A stretch of 64,000 bases of DNA from NCBI GenBank assembly GCA_035221665.1, contig CM069145.1, positions 24,118,001 to 24,182,000 of the forward strand, given 5' to 3'. Within the stretch, counting starts at the first letter, position 1. Each line of letters begins with the position of its first letter. Shown here piece after piece: positions 52,782 through 64,000 of this stretch. A program made the position numbers and the translations under genes. The DNA is from Okamejei kenojei (lineage: Eukaryota). Under the pieces are notes generated by a model. That model made no database searches, was not told the origin of the DNA, and was given only the letters and a program-made list of their open reading frames with translations.

Positions 52782-53095
52782 GTTTAGCTTAGTTTAGTTT
52801 AGTTTAGAGATACAGCGCCGAAACAGACCCTTTGGCCCACTGAGTCCGTTGCCGACCAGCGATCATCGCAAACCAACACTATCCTACACACACTAGGGAC
52901 AATTTATAATTTTAGCGAAGCCCATTAACTAACAAATCTCTATGTCTTTGGAGTGTGGGAGGAAACTGGAGCACCCAGAGAAATCCTGCGCAGGTCGTGG
53001 GGAGAACATACAAACTCTGTACAGACAGCACCCGTGGTTAGGATCGAACCCGGGTCTCTGGCGCTGTAAGGCAGCAACTCCCGCTGCGCTACCGG
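52782..53095 (-). mobile_element. HE1-like V-SINE
   Basis: (tttag)n tail, V-domain and ggatcgaacccggg (reverse B box). Confidence 0.8.
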
Positions 53096-53610
53096 GTCAC
53101 CTTCCAGACAAAAACAAATTTAATAACAAATTTGCTATCAGCTTTGAAACCTAAATAAATCAATCACTGATTTGCAAAGTAGGAATAAAGTTTACATTTG
53201 CAACTTTAAAAAGCTAGTTGAAAAAAAAACTTGCACATGTTAACTGTCACAGTGTAGAAAGCTCATCTGAAGTTACTTAAACACATCTTCAGTCAGTGGA
53301 CAGTCTCTCTTGCTGGCATGTTGGATGATGATGTGGCAACTGTTGCAGGCCATATGTGTGTTGCATACAGTTTGACAGTGACTTACACTTAACTTAGCTT
53401 GCGACTTTTAACTTCAAAAGCCCCCTTGTAAATAAAAACAAATATACTGGCAGAAGATTAAAGTAATAATGATCCTTCACTATTCAACCACCTCACATGA
53501 TAGTTTTGTTAACTCACTTCATGAGTAAACTCACAGCACTTAATGCAATTAGTTCACTTCAACCAATACAGAATTCCTCTGCTGGTAGACTAAACTTTAT
53601 TATCAGGTCT

Positions 53611-53741
53611 TAAAGAAGGAACTGCAGATGCTGAAAAATCGAGGGTACACAAAAGGCTGGAGAAACTCAGCGGGTGCAGCAGCATCTAAGGAGCGAAGGA
53701 GATAGGCGACGTTTCGGGTTGAGACCCTTCTTCAGACTCTA
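53611..53741 (-). mobile_element. pLTR-derived mini-insert with hammerhead core and 15-bp TSD
   Basis: TTTATTATCAGGTCT at 53596-53610 and 53742-53756. Minus strand reads CTGAAGAAGGGTCTCAACCCGAAACGTC. Confidence 0.82.
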
Positions 53742-55199
53742 TTTATTATCAGGTCTATTGTTCTTGTCATGCATACTTTTTACTATGTGGTCTATACTAG
53801 CTTTCTAATTCATGTGTGAACTCTCTTTGCTTATTGCTAATATTTGCCACACCAAAATTAATATTTGCCATTGTAACATTTTCTCATCGATAGCATTTGG
53901 TAATCAGATTCAGATTACAATTCACTTTGGGTTTTTTTTAAAGTGGGAGCTATTATAGTGCAGCGGTGGAATTCCGACAGCTGCTTTTATTTTATTTTGC
54001 ATTCATAGACCCTTTGTGTCGAATCCCATGACCTAACCTATGGTGTTCACTTTCCTTGGCATGTTGATTGATTGCAAGGTTGATAAAATCATATTAAAAA
54101 CTTGATTAAAGCAACATTTCATTTGGCACTGTAGAAATTCAGACCTTTGGTTCAATGTTTTACCATTCGTTACCCTTATTCAGCATTGATCAATTAAAAA
54201 CAAATAGCATTCAAAGAAAAATGGAAATAATTAATTTTAAACATATTAATAGTTGGAAGCACACAGCATCTCATTAATGTTAAAATGTTGATGCAAAACA
54301 ACAGCAAGCAAATTCTCCCTTTGATATATAATGCAAATGTTCTAGAATGAAAGAAAATAAGTGAAGGTAGGAAAGGCCAAAAAATACAAATGTGGGAATT
54401 TTAAAATAAAACCTGAAAACATGGGAAAGTCGCAGCAGGTCAATGGCATCTGACCCCAAGGTGAGGGAAGATTTACTAGTCCACATTTTCAAAGCCACCA
54501 AAAATGACAAAACGTTTCTGGACATTAACAATCATGACCAAGACTGTAATATGAATAGGAACTATAGAATCCACAGCTGGAGATGCTTGCAATTATAGTG
54601 GCTGCAGGTCAAAATGTACTCTGTGGAAAATCCCAACAGACTCTGAAAATTGTTTAGAAAACTACGTTATAAAATAGATTTATGTGATGTCACTGGAAGT
54701 TGCAAAATAGTTTGTTGTCAATATGTCAATTATTTAATCAACGGAGACAATTTTTTAGACTATGTTACAGCCTGGCTGCACCGCACATTATGAAGGTTGG
54801 GCAGGGCTGATTTTCCAGACATTGGGAACCAGAAATGAATCAATTATTTTAAGCAATGTTAAGACAGCACAACCATATAGAATTTGTCATTTATTTTCAC
54901 AAATCTGAAATGAATTCCATGAAGTTACTATTAAAAGAAAAATCAAAGGAGCACTGTTATTATCACAATTATCTCAGCTCTGGACTGTTCCATTCTCACT
55001 TCCTGAGATAATGAAGATGATCACTTCTGTATGCAGAATGGTATGGGCTATATATTGGCATGAGGTAATGTGGGGTGCTCAGGGTACCTGGCAATAGTTA
55101 TGACAAGAGGCACACAAAGTCCCCGGACACAAAAACAGGTCAGAGCCTGACTATCCCACAGCAAGCAACCGGCTGAATGGGATAACCATCATCTGCAAG

Positions 55200-55625
55200 T
55201 CATAGCATCATACAGTGTGGAAGCTGGCCCTTTACCCAGCATACCCATGCCAACATAGATGCCTCATCTACGCTCATCTCATCTGCCCGTGTTTGGCCCA
55301 TATCCTACTAAACCTTTCCTATCCATGTACTCTCCAAATGACTTTTACATGTTGTTATATTACCTGTTAATAACCTGTTCTTGATTCCTATACTCTGGGT
55401 AAAAGACTTTGTACATGCACCCTATTTATCTCCCACATGATCGTGTACAACACTGTAAGATCGCCCCTCAGCCTCCTCCACTCCAAGGAATAAATTCCTG
55501 GCCTATTCAACCGTTCCGTATATGTCAGGCCCTCAAGTCCTGGTAACATCTTTGTAAATCTTCTCTGCACTAGTTCAAGCTTGACCATATCTTTCCTTCC
55601 TACAGCAGGGTAAACTGTTGACAAT
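55200..55625 (-). mobile_element. CR1 LINE 3' fragment
   Basis: Peptide LELVQRRFTKMLPGLEGLTYTERLNRPGIYSLEWRRLRGDL. Confidence 0.8.
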
Positions 55626-56314
55626 ACTTCAAAGAAGTACCCATTCTTGAGTTAGAAATAAATATATTGCCATTCCTTCATTGTTGTTGCGCCTAAAATC
55701 TGGGATTTTCTACTGACTGGTTTGCGGAATATCGTCACATTGATGAGTATTAAACTGCAACAAATTAGCACCATTTTACCAGGGGCGATTAGGGGGAAAG
55801 GAAAAGTACTTTAAAAAAGCAGGTTGAGTCATAATTTGGGATCACTGAGAGTTCCGCAATGCTGCGGAGCGGGGTACAAGGATCAGGCCTGGAGTTAGGG
55901 GAGAGCAGCTCATGAACATTTGAGGAATTAGCTATCAAGTAAAATGATTTACAGTTTTTTAAATTAAATGTATTACTTTTTAGCTTTTAAGTTTTTTTCT
56001 AAGTGGTAATTAGCTTGTAATATTCTTGAATGTTTTAGAATATTTGCTCATTCTTGGATAGTTTTAACATGTAATAAGCCTTTGGGTATAACTGGCTGTC
56101 AAACTTCCTCTGTGGTCTGGGGAACCTCGAACCCCTAGAAGGTCATGTTTCATCATTCAGAAGAGAGCTAGCTTTATTTTTTTTTAATTGTGTGAGATTG
56201 AAAGGTGTTGCTGTTTAGGGGACCTGGATCTCATACATGAATCAATGAAAGTTAACATGCACGACCTGCAAACAATGAAGAAGGCAAATGGTATTTTGAA
56301 ATTTGTAGAACCAA

Positions 56315-56562
56315 GGAACTGCAGATGCTGGTTTACCAAAGAAAAACATAAAATGCTGGAGTAACTCAGTTGGTCGGGCAGCACCACAAGAGAACGTGGA
56401 TAGGTGACGTTTTGGGTTGGGACCCTTCTTCAGACCGATGGAGTCTGATATGGATGGATAAACTCATCAGTCTGAAGAAGGATTCCGATCTGAAACGTCA
56501 CCTATCCATGTTCTCCGGGCATACTGCCATACCCGCTAAGCATACCAGCATTTTGTGTCTTT
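56315..56562. mobile_element. Inverted pair of pLTR fragments
   Basis: Minus-strand copy at 56315-56436 and plus-strand copy at 56468-56562. Confidence 0.7.
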
Positions 56563-56792
56563 AAATAGTAAGTTGGCATTATTGCAAAAGGATGTCAGCA
56601 TAAGGGAAGTCTTGCTTCAATTACATGGGGCCCTGCTGAGATCACATCTGTACAAATCCGGTATCCTCACATAAGGAAGGATGTATGAGATAGAGGGAAT
56701 ACAACAAAAGATCCACAGAATGATTCCTGGGATGGTGAGCTGCCAGATGTGGAGAGGTTATGAAGACTGAGGGTATTAGCTCCCATGTTTGG

Positions 56793-57108
56793 AGTTTTAG
56801 TTTAGAGATATGGCATGAACGCAGGCCCTTTGGCCTACCAAGTCCACGCCGACCATCGATCCCTGTACACTAGTTCTATGTTGTCACATTTTGACAATCC
56901 TACACATTAGGGGCAATTTACAGAAGTCAATTAACCTACAAACCTGCACTTCTTTGGGATGTGGGAGGAAACCAGAACACCCGAAGAAAACCCATGCGGT
57001 CACAGGGAGAACGTACTAACTCCGCACAGACAGCACCCGTAGTTAGCATCGAACCCGGGTCTCTGGCGCTCTGAGGTAACAGCTCCATCACTGCATCACT
57101 GTGCCACC
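56793..57108 (-). mobile_element. HE1-like V-SINE inserted in an older CR1 fragment
   Basis: Near full-length reverse-complement copy; CR1-like sequence at 56580-56790 and 57110-57400. Confidence 0.78.
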
Positions 57109-57579
57109 AACATTTTTACAATAAGTGATAATAGGGATGTCGATACCCGCTGGATTCACAGTCTCAAAGTAAGGGGTCAGCCATTCACAAAGGGGACAGG
57201 GAGAGATTTATTCAGAGAGAGGATGGTGAACAATGGACTTCTCTACCCAATACGCCTTTGGGGGAGGCTCAGTAACTGAGAATATACAAGGCAGAGATTG
57301 TTAGATTTTAAATATAGAATGTTAAAAATATTAAATATTTTTAAATGGAATTGAGGAATATGGGTTTAGGAAAAGCTATGATCTTATTCAGTGGTGGAGC
57401 AGCAATGAACGTTAAAACAAGTACTTTTGTACATCTGATTTTGGGAACATTTCTACAGCCTGGATTGATGAAAGTAATTTAAAATATATCCTTTAAAATG
57501 CTTCCAAAAGCAAAGGATGACAGGGTGACACTGCAGCTCCAGTGATGCTGATCTCAGTGCAGTCTGTGTGCAGTGCACA

Positions 57580-58010
57580 CCTTTAACTCCCATTCCCACA
57601 CAGACCTTTCTGTCCTGGGCCTCCTCCACTGTCAGAATGAGGCCATGTGCAAATTGGATGACCAGCACCTCATTTTTCGCTTGGGAAGCTTTCAACCCAG
57701 CGGTATGAATATTGATTTCTCTAATTACTGTTAACCCTTGCATTCACCCTCTCTCTCCATCCCTCCCCCATCCTAGTCATCCTGCCAGGTTCACTGTTGG
57801 TATCCCTTCATTAACACCTCCTCCACAGCCAACAATGGACCATTGTGGGCTCTTTGGTCATCGGTGCCGACTCTGATTTGGTCTGTATATTTTCACACTA
57901 GTTTCCCCTTCCCCTGACTCACAGTCTGAAAAAGGGTCTCGACCCGAAATGTCACCTGTTCCTTTTCTCCAGAGATGCTGCCTGACCTGCTGCATTTTGC
58001 ATCTATCTTC
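57580..58010 (+). mobile_element. Penelope-like 3' fragment (GIY-YIG C-terminus plus pLTR)
   Basis: Encodes LSVLGLLHCQNEAMCKLDDQHLIFRLGSFQPSGMNIDFSN, then the UTR and ctgaaaaagggtctcgacccgaaatgtc. Confidence 0.75.
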
Positions 58011-59428
58011 ACTATGTGACTGCCCAGGCTTTCCCCACATGCTCTGGGTTCCTCCCCTATCCCAATGACCGGCTAATTACTAGGTTGATCGGCCACTGGT
58101 GCCAATGCTCGCAACAGATCTAGAGGATGATAACATAGAAACATAGAAAGTAGGTGCAGGAGCAGGCCATTCGGCCCTTTGAGCCAGCACCGCCATTCAA
58201 TATGATCATGGCTGATCATCCAGAATCGGTACCCTGTTCCTGCTTTTTCCCCATTTCCCTGCTTCAACCAGGAGATAACCGGCTTGTGAGGCAGAAAACT
58301 TCACCGCAAAATAAGTGGGTGATTGGAGCTGATGGGTTGCTCTGAAAGCCAACATCGACTCGATGGGCCAAATGGCCACTTTCTATGTTGTTTAAAAACG
58401 TATCAAATGTACTGTACAAAGTTAATCAAATGCTGTAAATGGTATCACACGATAAGGCGTGCTTTATAAACTGGTTCTTCTGCTGCAGAATGTGTACGAA
58501 GGAACAGCAGATTCTGGTTATACACCGAAGATAGACACAAAATGCAGGATTAATTCAGCGGGGCAGGCAGCATCTCTGGAGAGAGCGAATGGGTGATGTT
58601 TCAGGTCGAGACCCTTCTTCAAATTAAGAGTCAGGGTCTTAACCCATTCTCTCGCTCCTGAGATGCTGCCTTACTGGGTTACTGCAGCCTTATGTATCTA
58701 TCTCCTGCTGCAGAACATGTGTGCTCATTGGGAATTTAGATGAGCTATGATTCAGGCCTGAGGGATCTTTCATTAAAGCAGCAGCATCACTATAATTAAA
58801 ATTCCGACTCTTTATTGCTCTGATCCTGAATTTCTGCACATGCATGAGATGTTGGGAGCTTTGTGACGGGCGCAGCTTCATAAAGACTCTCCTTAGGTTC
58901 TTCCCCGTACACAAGTATACATCTCACCAGAGTCAAGTCTCCCAAAATGTTCTCTGCTCAGTCGGGCTTTCAGCTTCTCTCACAACTCCAGGTTGTTTCC
59001 GAAAGTGCTCCTCTGGGTATATTTTTCACACACAAAATCCATCAGATAACTTGTAGCCTTCTGGCAAGCACCGCTCTGCGTTGGTGCCATTACCAATGGA
59101 TTACATGGATGTTTCCATGCTTAAGGGTAGGAATTGAAGCTCGTTGCATTTGCTAATGGATGCAGGATGAGGGGAATGAGTTCCAGTTTTTGGAGCCAAT
59201 GTCTTTGGAAGCCAGTAAGTCGGTGATTTGATTTTGTTGTGCCCTCAGCTTCTACACTCTCACTCTCCGCCTTTCTTGGGACATATCCTCAGCGTGCTGC
59301 GAGTGAAGCAGATGGCCCAGTATTAATCTGTGTCAAATTATCAGAGACCTATGCAAGATATAGATGTGATCCTGAGTCATATTTACTTTGGCTGTGGATT
59401 GCCCAGTTCATACCTACTGCTGTCCACA

Positions 59429-59757
59429 GGGGTGGCACAATAGCGCTGCTGGTAGAGTTGTTGCCTCATAGCGTCAGAAACCCGGGTTCGACCCTGACCT
59501 CGGGTGCTGTCTTTGTGGGGTTTGCATGTACTCCCTGTAACCGCGTGGCGTTCCTCTCAGTGCTCCAGCTTCCTCCCACATCCCAAAGACGTGTGGGTTT
59601 GTGGGTTAAATGGCCTCTGTAAATTGCCCCTGGTGTGTAGGGAGTGAATGCGACAGTGGGATGACATCGAACTACTGTGAGCGGCTGATCAATGGTTGGC
59701 ATGGGCTCTGTGGGCCGAAGGGCCTGATTCAATGCTGAATCTTTCAATCGATCAATC
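59429..59757 (+). mobile_element. HE1-like V-SINE
   Basis: ggtggcac...ggtagagttgttgcctca...cccgggttcgaccc head, V-domain and CR1-like tail. Confidence 0.82.
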
Positions 59758-60174
59758 CAACATTGCTATTTTTGTTGCACACATCCGAGATGCTGCCTGA
59801 CCCACTGCTCCGGCATTCTATGTCTGTCTACGGTTTAAACCAGCATCTGCAATTCTTTTTTATTGCTATATTTGTGTTTGAAATTAACAGCTGACACATT
59901 ATCACCCCAAATTTCAGCTATGGTGGTATATGCAACTGCAGACAAAATTATAGGTTCATACGCCACTGCTACAGTAACCCAGGTTCAATCCTGACCTTGG
60001 GCGTTAACTGTATGAAGGTTCGATATCCTTGTGTTCTTCCCATGTGGGTTCCCATGGGAGATCCATCTTCTTCTCACACTTCTCACAGTGCATTGATCAC
60101 CCACTGACAATGACCCCTCTGGACGAGTGATTGAGACGTAGGAGGGGAGATGATTGGCTTGATTGCTCTTGACA

Positions 60175-60572
60175 TAGAATAAAGAACAGTACAGCACAAA
60201 CACTCTCCCTCTGGGCCACAGTGATGCCAAGTTAAGCTGATCTCATCTGCCACCACTTGATCCATAACTCTCTATTCCCGACACTTCCCTGTGCCTATCT
60301 AAAATAACTCTCTATTCCCGACACTTCCATGTGCCTATCTAAAATCCCAAAGACCACTATCGTATCTGCCTCCATCATCACCCATGGCAATGCGCTCCAG
60401 GCCCCCACCACTCTCTGAAGATAACTTGTCCCGCACATCTCCATGAAACTTTCCCCCTCTCACCTTGCACATATGTCCTCTAGTGTTGGACATTCCCGCC
60501 CTGGGAAAAAGGTTCTGACTGTCCATACCTCTCACAATTTTATAGTGTTTTATCAAGTCTCCCTCAACCTCT
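60175..60572 (-). mobile_element. CR1 LINE 3' fragment
   Basis: Peptide YKIVRGMDSQNLFPRAGMSNTRGH; contains a 40-bp tandem duplication near 60264-60343. Confidence 0.7.
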
Positions 60573-60855
60573 TTAGGTAAGTTAAAGCCAGTTACAGCTG
60601 TGGTTTGTGCTACGTACGATGACTATGGCCAGCTTGCTTTCATTTCATGTTCCTGCGCAAGCCTTCCATTGGATACATGCTCCCATGTTGCTTGTGTTCT
60701 GTATTCAAGTGACTGTGGGTGAAGATAGACACAAAGTGCTGGAGTTACTCCACGGGTCAGGCAGCCATCTCTGGAGAAAAAGGATGGGTGACGTTTTGGG
60801 TTGAGACCCTTCTTCAGACTGATAATAGATGGGAGGGAACTGGAGGTATGAAAAG

Positions 60856-61141
60856 TGTGGCATGGTGGTGCAGTGGTAGAGTTGCTGCCCTCCAGCGCCA
60901 GAGACCCGGGTTCGATCCTGACTAAAGGTGCTGTCTGTACGGAGTCACCCGGGTTTTCTCCGGGTATCTGGTTTCCTCCCACACTCCAAAGACATACAGG
61001 TCTGTAGAATTAATTAGCTTTGGAAAAGATTATATAAATTATCCCGAGTGTGTAGGATAGCGCTAATGTACGGGGATCGCTGGTTGGACTTGGTGGGCTG
61101 AGTTTGCGCTCTGTATCTCTAAACTAAACTGAACTAAACTG
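60856..61141 (+). mobile_element. HE1-like V-SINE splitting a minus-strand Penelope UTR
   Basis: Head tggcatggtggtgcagtggtagag...cccgggttcgatcc; Penelope sequence at 60725-60850 resumes at 61142-61250. Confidence 0.8.
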
Positions 61142-62710
61142 AAAGGCTAGAGCAAAGCAGGGCCGGCAACAGATGACCAAGGAATGGTGGAGCCCATAAT
61201 AACTCATTGTTGGCTGGGGAAGAGACGATAATGAAGGAACGATATGGGGATAAAGATGTCCTGACTGTGGGCAGGGTAGGAGCTATGGGGTCCCTGGAGA
61301 TGCCAGCAATCTCAGGGCAGAAGTGTTTTGGGGAAACATTGCGACTTACTTCTGATTCTGTTAAAGCTGGTCGCTTAACTGGCAATCCATACAACATATT
61401 AACCATTCACTTACTCAATCACTGACCAGAAATTCAACTGATGCAGCCACATAAATACTGCGGCTGCAGGAGAAGGTCAAAGGCTGGATATCCTGTGGCA
61501 AATAATTCTCCTCCTGACACCCCACAGCCGTTCCACCATCTGCAAGTCATTGAAATCAGGAGTGTGTGGATTCCCTCCTTGCCTGGGTTCAAGTGCAGCT
61601 CCAACAAGCCTGTGATGCTGCTGCCAGACACGACAAAGCAGCCGGCTTGATTACTCGCCTGGGCTACTCTGACAGCTTCTGTCAAACCTGTGGCCTCTGC
61701 AACCATGAATGCAGCACTGTGACGCAGCTGTGAGAGCTGCTGCCTTGGAGCTCCACAGATCAGGGTTCAATCCTGACCTCCGGTGCTGTATGTGTGGAGT
61801 TCACATGTCTTCCTCTGCTCATGTGGATTTCCTTCAGGTATTCTGTTTACCTCCCACATACTAAACATAATCAGGTCTCTACTCTAACCTTTTCGCGCCT
61901 CCAGTTTACTCCCCCATCTCTACTTTCAGTCTGACGAAGGGTTCCAACCCAAAACATCACCTATTCTTTTTCTCCAGAGATGCTGCCTGACCCACTCAGT
62001 TACTCCAGCATTTTGTGTCTATCTGCGGAATAAACCAGCATCTGCAGTTCCTTCCTACTATTTGGTCAATGTAAATTGCATCTTGTTTCTAGGTGAATGT
62101 AACTGTAGCATCTGGGATGAATTGGTGGGAATGCGAGGGAAATAAAATGGATTAGTGCAGATAGGTGTCTGTTAGTTGACATGGATTCAGTGGGATGAGT
62201 TGCTGACTCTATGATTCCAAGCAAAAGGGCAGCAAGTACATTGAACATCACCACTTGGAAATCACACAGCATCCTAACTTGGAAATGATCCATCTTTGAT
62301 GCTGGGCCGTAATCCTGGAACTCCCTAATGAACGAGGCCAATTCAATGGATATTTCTAAGGCAGATATTGACAGATTCCTGATTAGTGTGGGTGTCAGGG
62401 GTTATGGGGAGAATTGGTCAAGAGGGAAAGATAGATCAGCCATGATTGAATGGCGGAGTAGACTTGATGGGCCGAATGGCCCAATCCTGCTGCTATCCCT
62501 TATAAACGTATGACCTTGGTGCACCTTCAGCAGAAGGACTGAATCAATTCAGAAAGGGAGCTCATAGCTGTGATTTGTGACTCAGAGAAGTTGCAGATAT
62601 AAAGGTCTTTATTCATCAGAAGAAGCAAACATTCTCTTGGGCAACCTCTCAGTAGAATCTCCAAACAAACTACATTGAGTCTTTAAGTTTCAAAACACCA
62701 AGACAACAAT

Positions 62711-63745
62711 GGCACAGTTGGTAGAGACATTGCCTAAAGCTCCTGTTCCACTTAGGCGATTTTTCGGCGACTATAGGCGACTAGGTTGTCACCACATGGT
62801 CGGGGGGTGATGCCTGTATGGTCGTGAGTAGGCTCCTCAAGTCGCCTAAAGAGTCGTAACGTTTTTCTGGTTGCCGCTGGATTTTGAAATGTTCAAAATC
62901 GGCGACTGTGGGCTTGTCGCAGCTTGTCTTCTCCTGTCGTAGGTACTGTCGCCGGTTGTCGCCAGTTGTTGTTGGTTGTTGTCGGGTGCTGACTTTGGTG
63001 AATTCCATTGGTGACTACCTACGTCAACCTACGTCAACCGGCGACAGGTACCGGTGACTGAATTGTCTTCAGCTGTTGCCGACAGGGTCGTTGCTTGTCG
63101 TAGCTTGTCGTGGGTGGACGTAGGTTGACTTTGGTTGTCGCCTGTGCGGTCGTAGGTGAATGTCCTGATGGGTCGGCGGTTGTCGGTAGCTTGATGTTGA
63201 CTAGATGGTAGGTTGTTGTAGCTTGTCGTAGACATTGTCGTTGGGGGGGGTCCAGTCGCCGCTTTTTCGGCGACCTACTACGACTGTGACAGTCTCCTAA
63301 GTGGGACAGGCTCTTCACAGTGACAGAGACTTTAGTTTGATCGTGACCTCGCGTGCTGTCTGTGTGTGGAGTTCGCACCTTCTCCCTGTGACCGCATGGA
63401 TTTAACCCAGGCACTCCTGTTTCCTCCTACATCCCAAAGACGTGCAGTTTTGTAAGTCAATTGACTTCTCTAAAATTGACTCTACTGGGTACTGAGTGGA
63501 TGAGAAAATGGGATAACATAGAAGTTTGCACATTCTCCCCAAGATCGCATGGGTTTCCTCTGGGTGCTCTGGTTTCCTCCCACATCCCAAAGACAAGGGA
63601 GTTTACAGGTTAATTGACCTCCTTAAAATGCCCTTAGTGTGTAGGGAGTGGATACAAAAATAGGATAATGAGTGATCGATGATTAATGGTCGGCATGGAC
63701 TCGGTGGGCTGAAGGGCCTGTTTCCATTCAATATCACTTAATCAA
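62711..63745 (+). mobile_element. HE1-like V-SINE interrupted by a MITE, with duplicated V-domain
   Basis: Head split at tgcc|tcacag; V-domain present at ~63360-63460 and again at ~63525-63620. Confidence 0.7.
62738..63314. mobile_element. Harbinger-type MITE inserted in a SINE head
   Basis: TAA|AGCTCCTGTTCCACTTAGG...CCTAAGTGGGACAGGCTCT|TCA. GTCG-rich interior; the SINE sequence resumes on both sides. Confidence 0.75.
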
Positions 63746-64000
63746 TCAAATAGCAATAAATGATCAGCTACAGTTTCGATGGCGATAATAACGTACTTCA
63801 CTATTTTGAGTGTAGACAGATAGACTCCCTTACAAATGGCGAAAGGTCTTCCCCATGTTAAAACAGAGTTCATTTCTAAGAACTGTTTGTAACCCAAACA
63901 GTTCGTAAGTCAGGAATACAGTCACCTAGCAACACTTTAAAACAAAATCCTTGGCAATCCACGAGCAAGCATGTTAAATTAGGGTGTTTAACTCCACTGT

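Noticed and set aside
59429-59500. tRNA-like sequence with A and B boxes (also at 43305 and 60856)
   Set aside because: Followed by the V-domain and LINE-like tail, so these are SINE heads rather than tRNA genes.
38500-64000. Search for a second protein-coding gene or an autonomous transposase downstream
   Set aside because: No spliceable exon chain or long non-repeat ORF recognised; listed ORFs map to SINE, LINE or MITE sequence or are short and featureless.

Overview
Vertebrate nuclear DNA, almost certainly an elasmobranch (skate, ray or shark), judged from its repeats: HE1-like V-SINEs, CR1/HER1-like LINEs and Penelope pLTR repeats. Positions 5831-34932 hold the 3' part of FGFR2 on the + strand: exon IIIa, the mutually exclusive IIIb and IIIc exons, the TM exon, the juxtamembrane and kinase exons and the C-terminal exon with its stop codon. 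All exon phases join into an open frame; the 5' exons lie upstream of the window. The FGFR2 splicing elements known from mammals can be read directly: the ISE-2/ISAR long-range stem, RBFOX and ESRP-type motifs, and the non-canonical GA 5' splice site for the VT dipeptide. From ~38.5 kb to the end there is no recognisable gene, only repeats and a few enhancer-like unique blocks. Mobile DNA includes a decayed IR/DR Tc1 with a nested TAA-target Harbinger-type MITE, three more MITEs with similar ends, and Rex1/Babar, CR1, RTE and Penelope fragments. The most unusual signal is a set of 87-195 bp Penelope-derived inserts flanked by 11-17 bp target duplications. Several carry a minimal hammerhead-ribozyme core (CUGAAGA-stem II-GAAAC-GUC) whose stem II covaries between copies, and some form fold-backs or tandem arrays, suggesting a retrozyme-like mini-element system. 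Repeat boundaries are approximate and family names come from recognition, not database searches.
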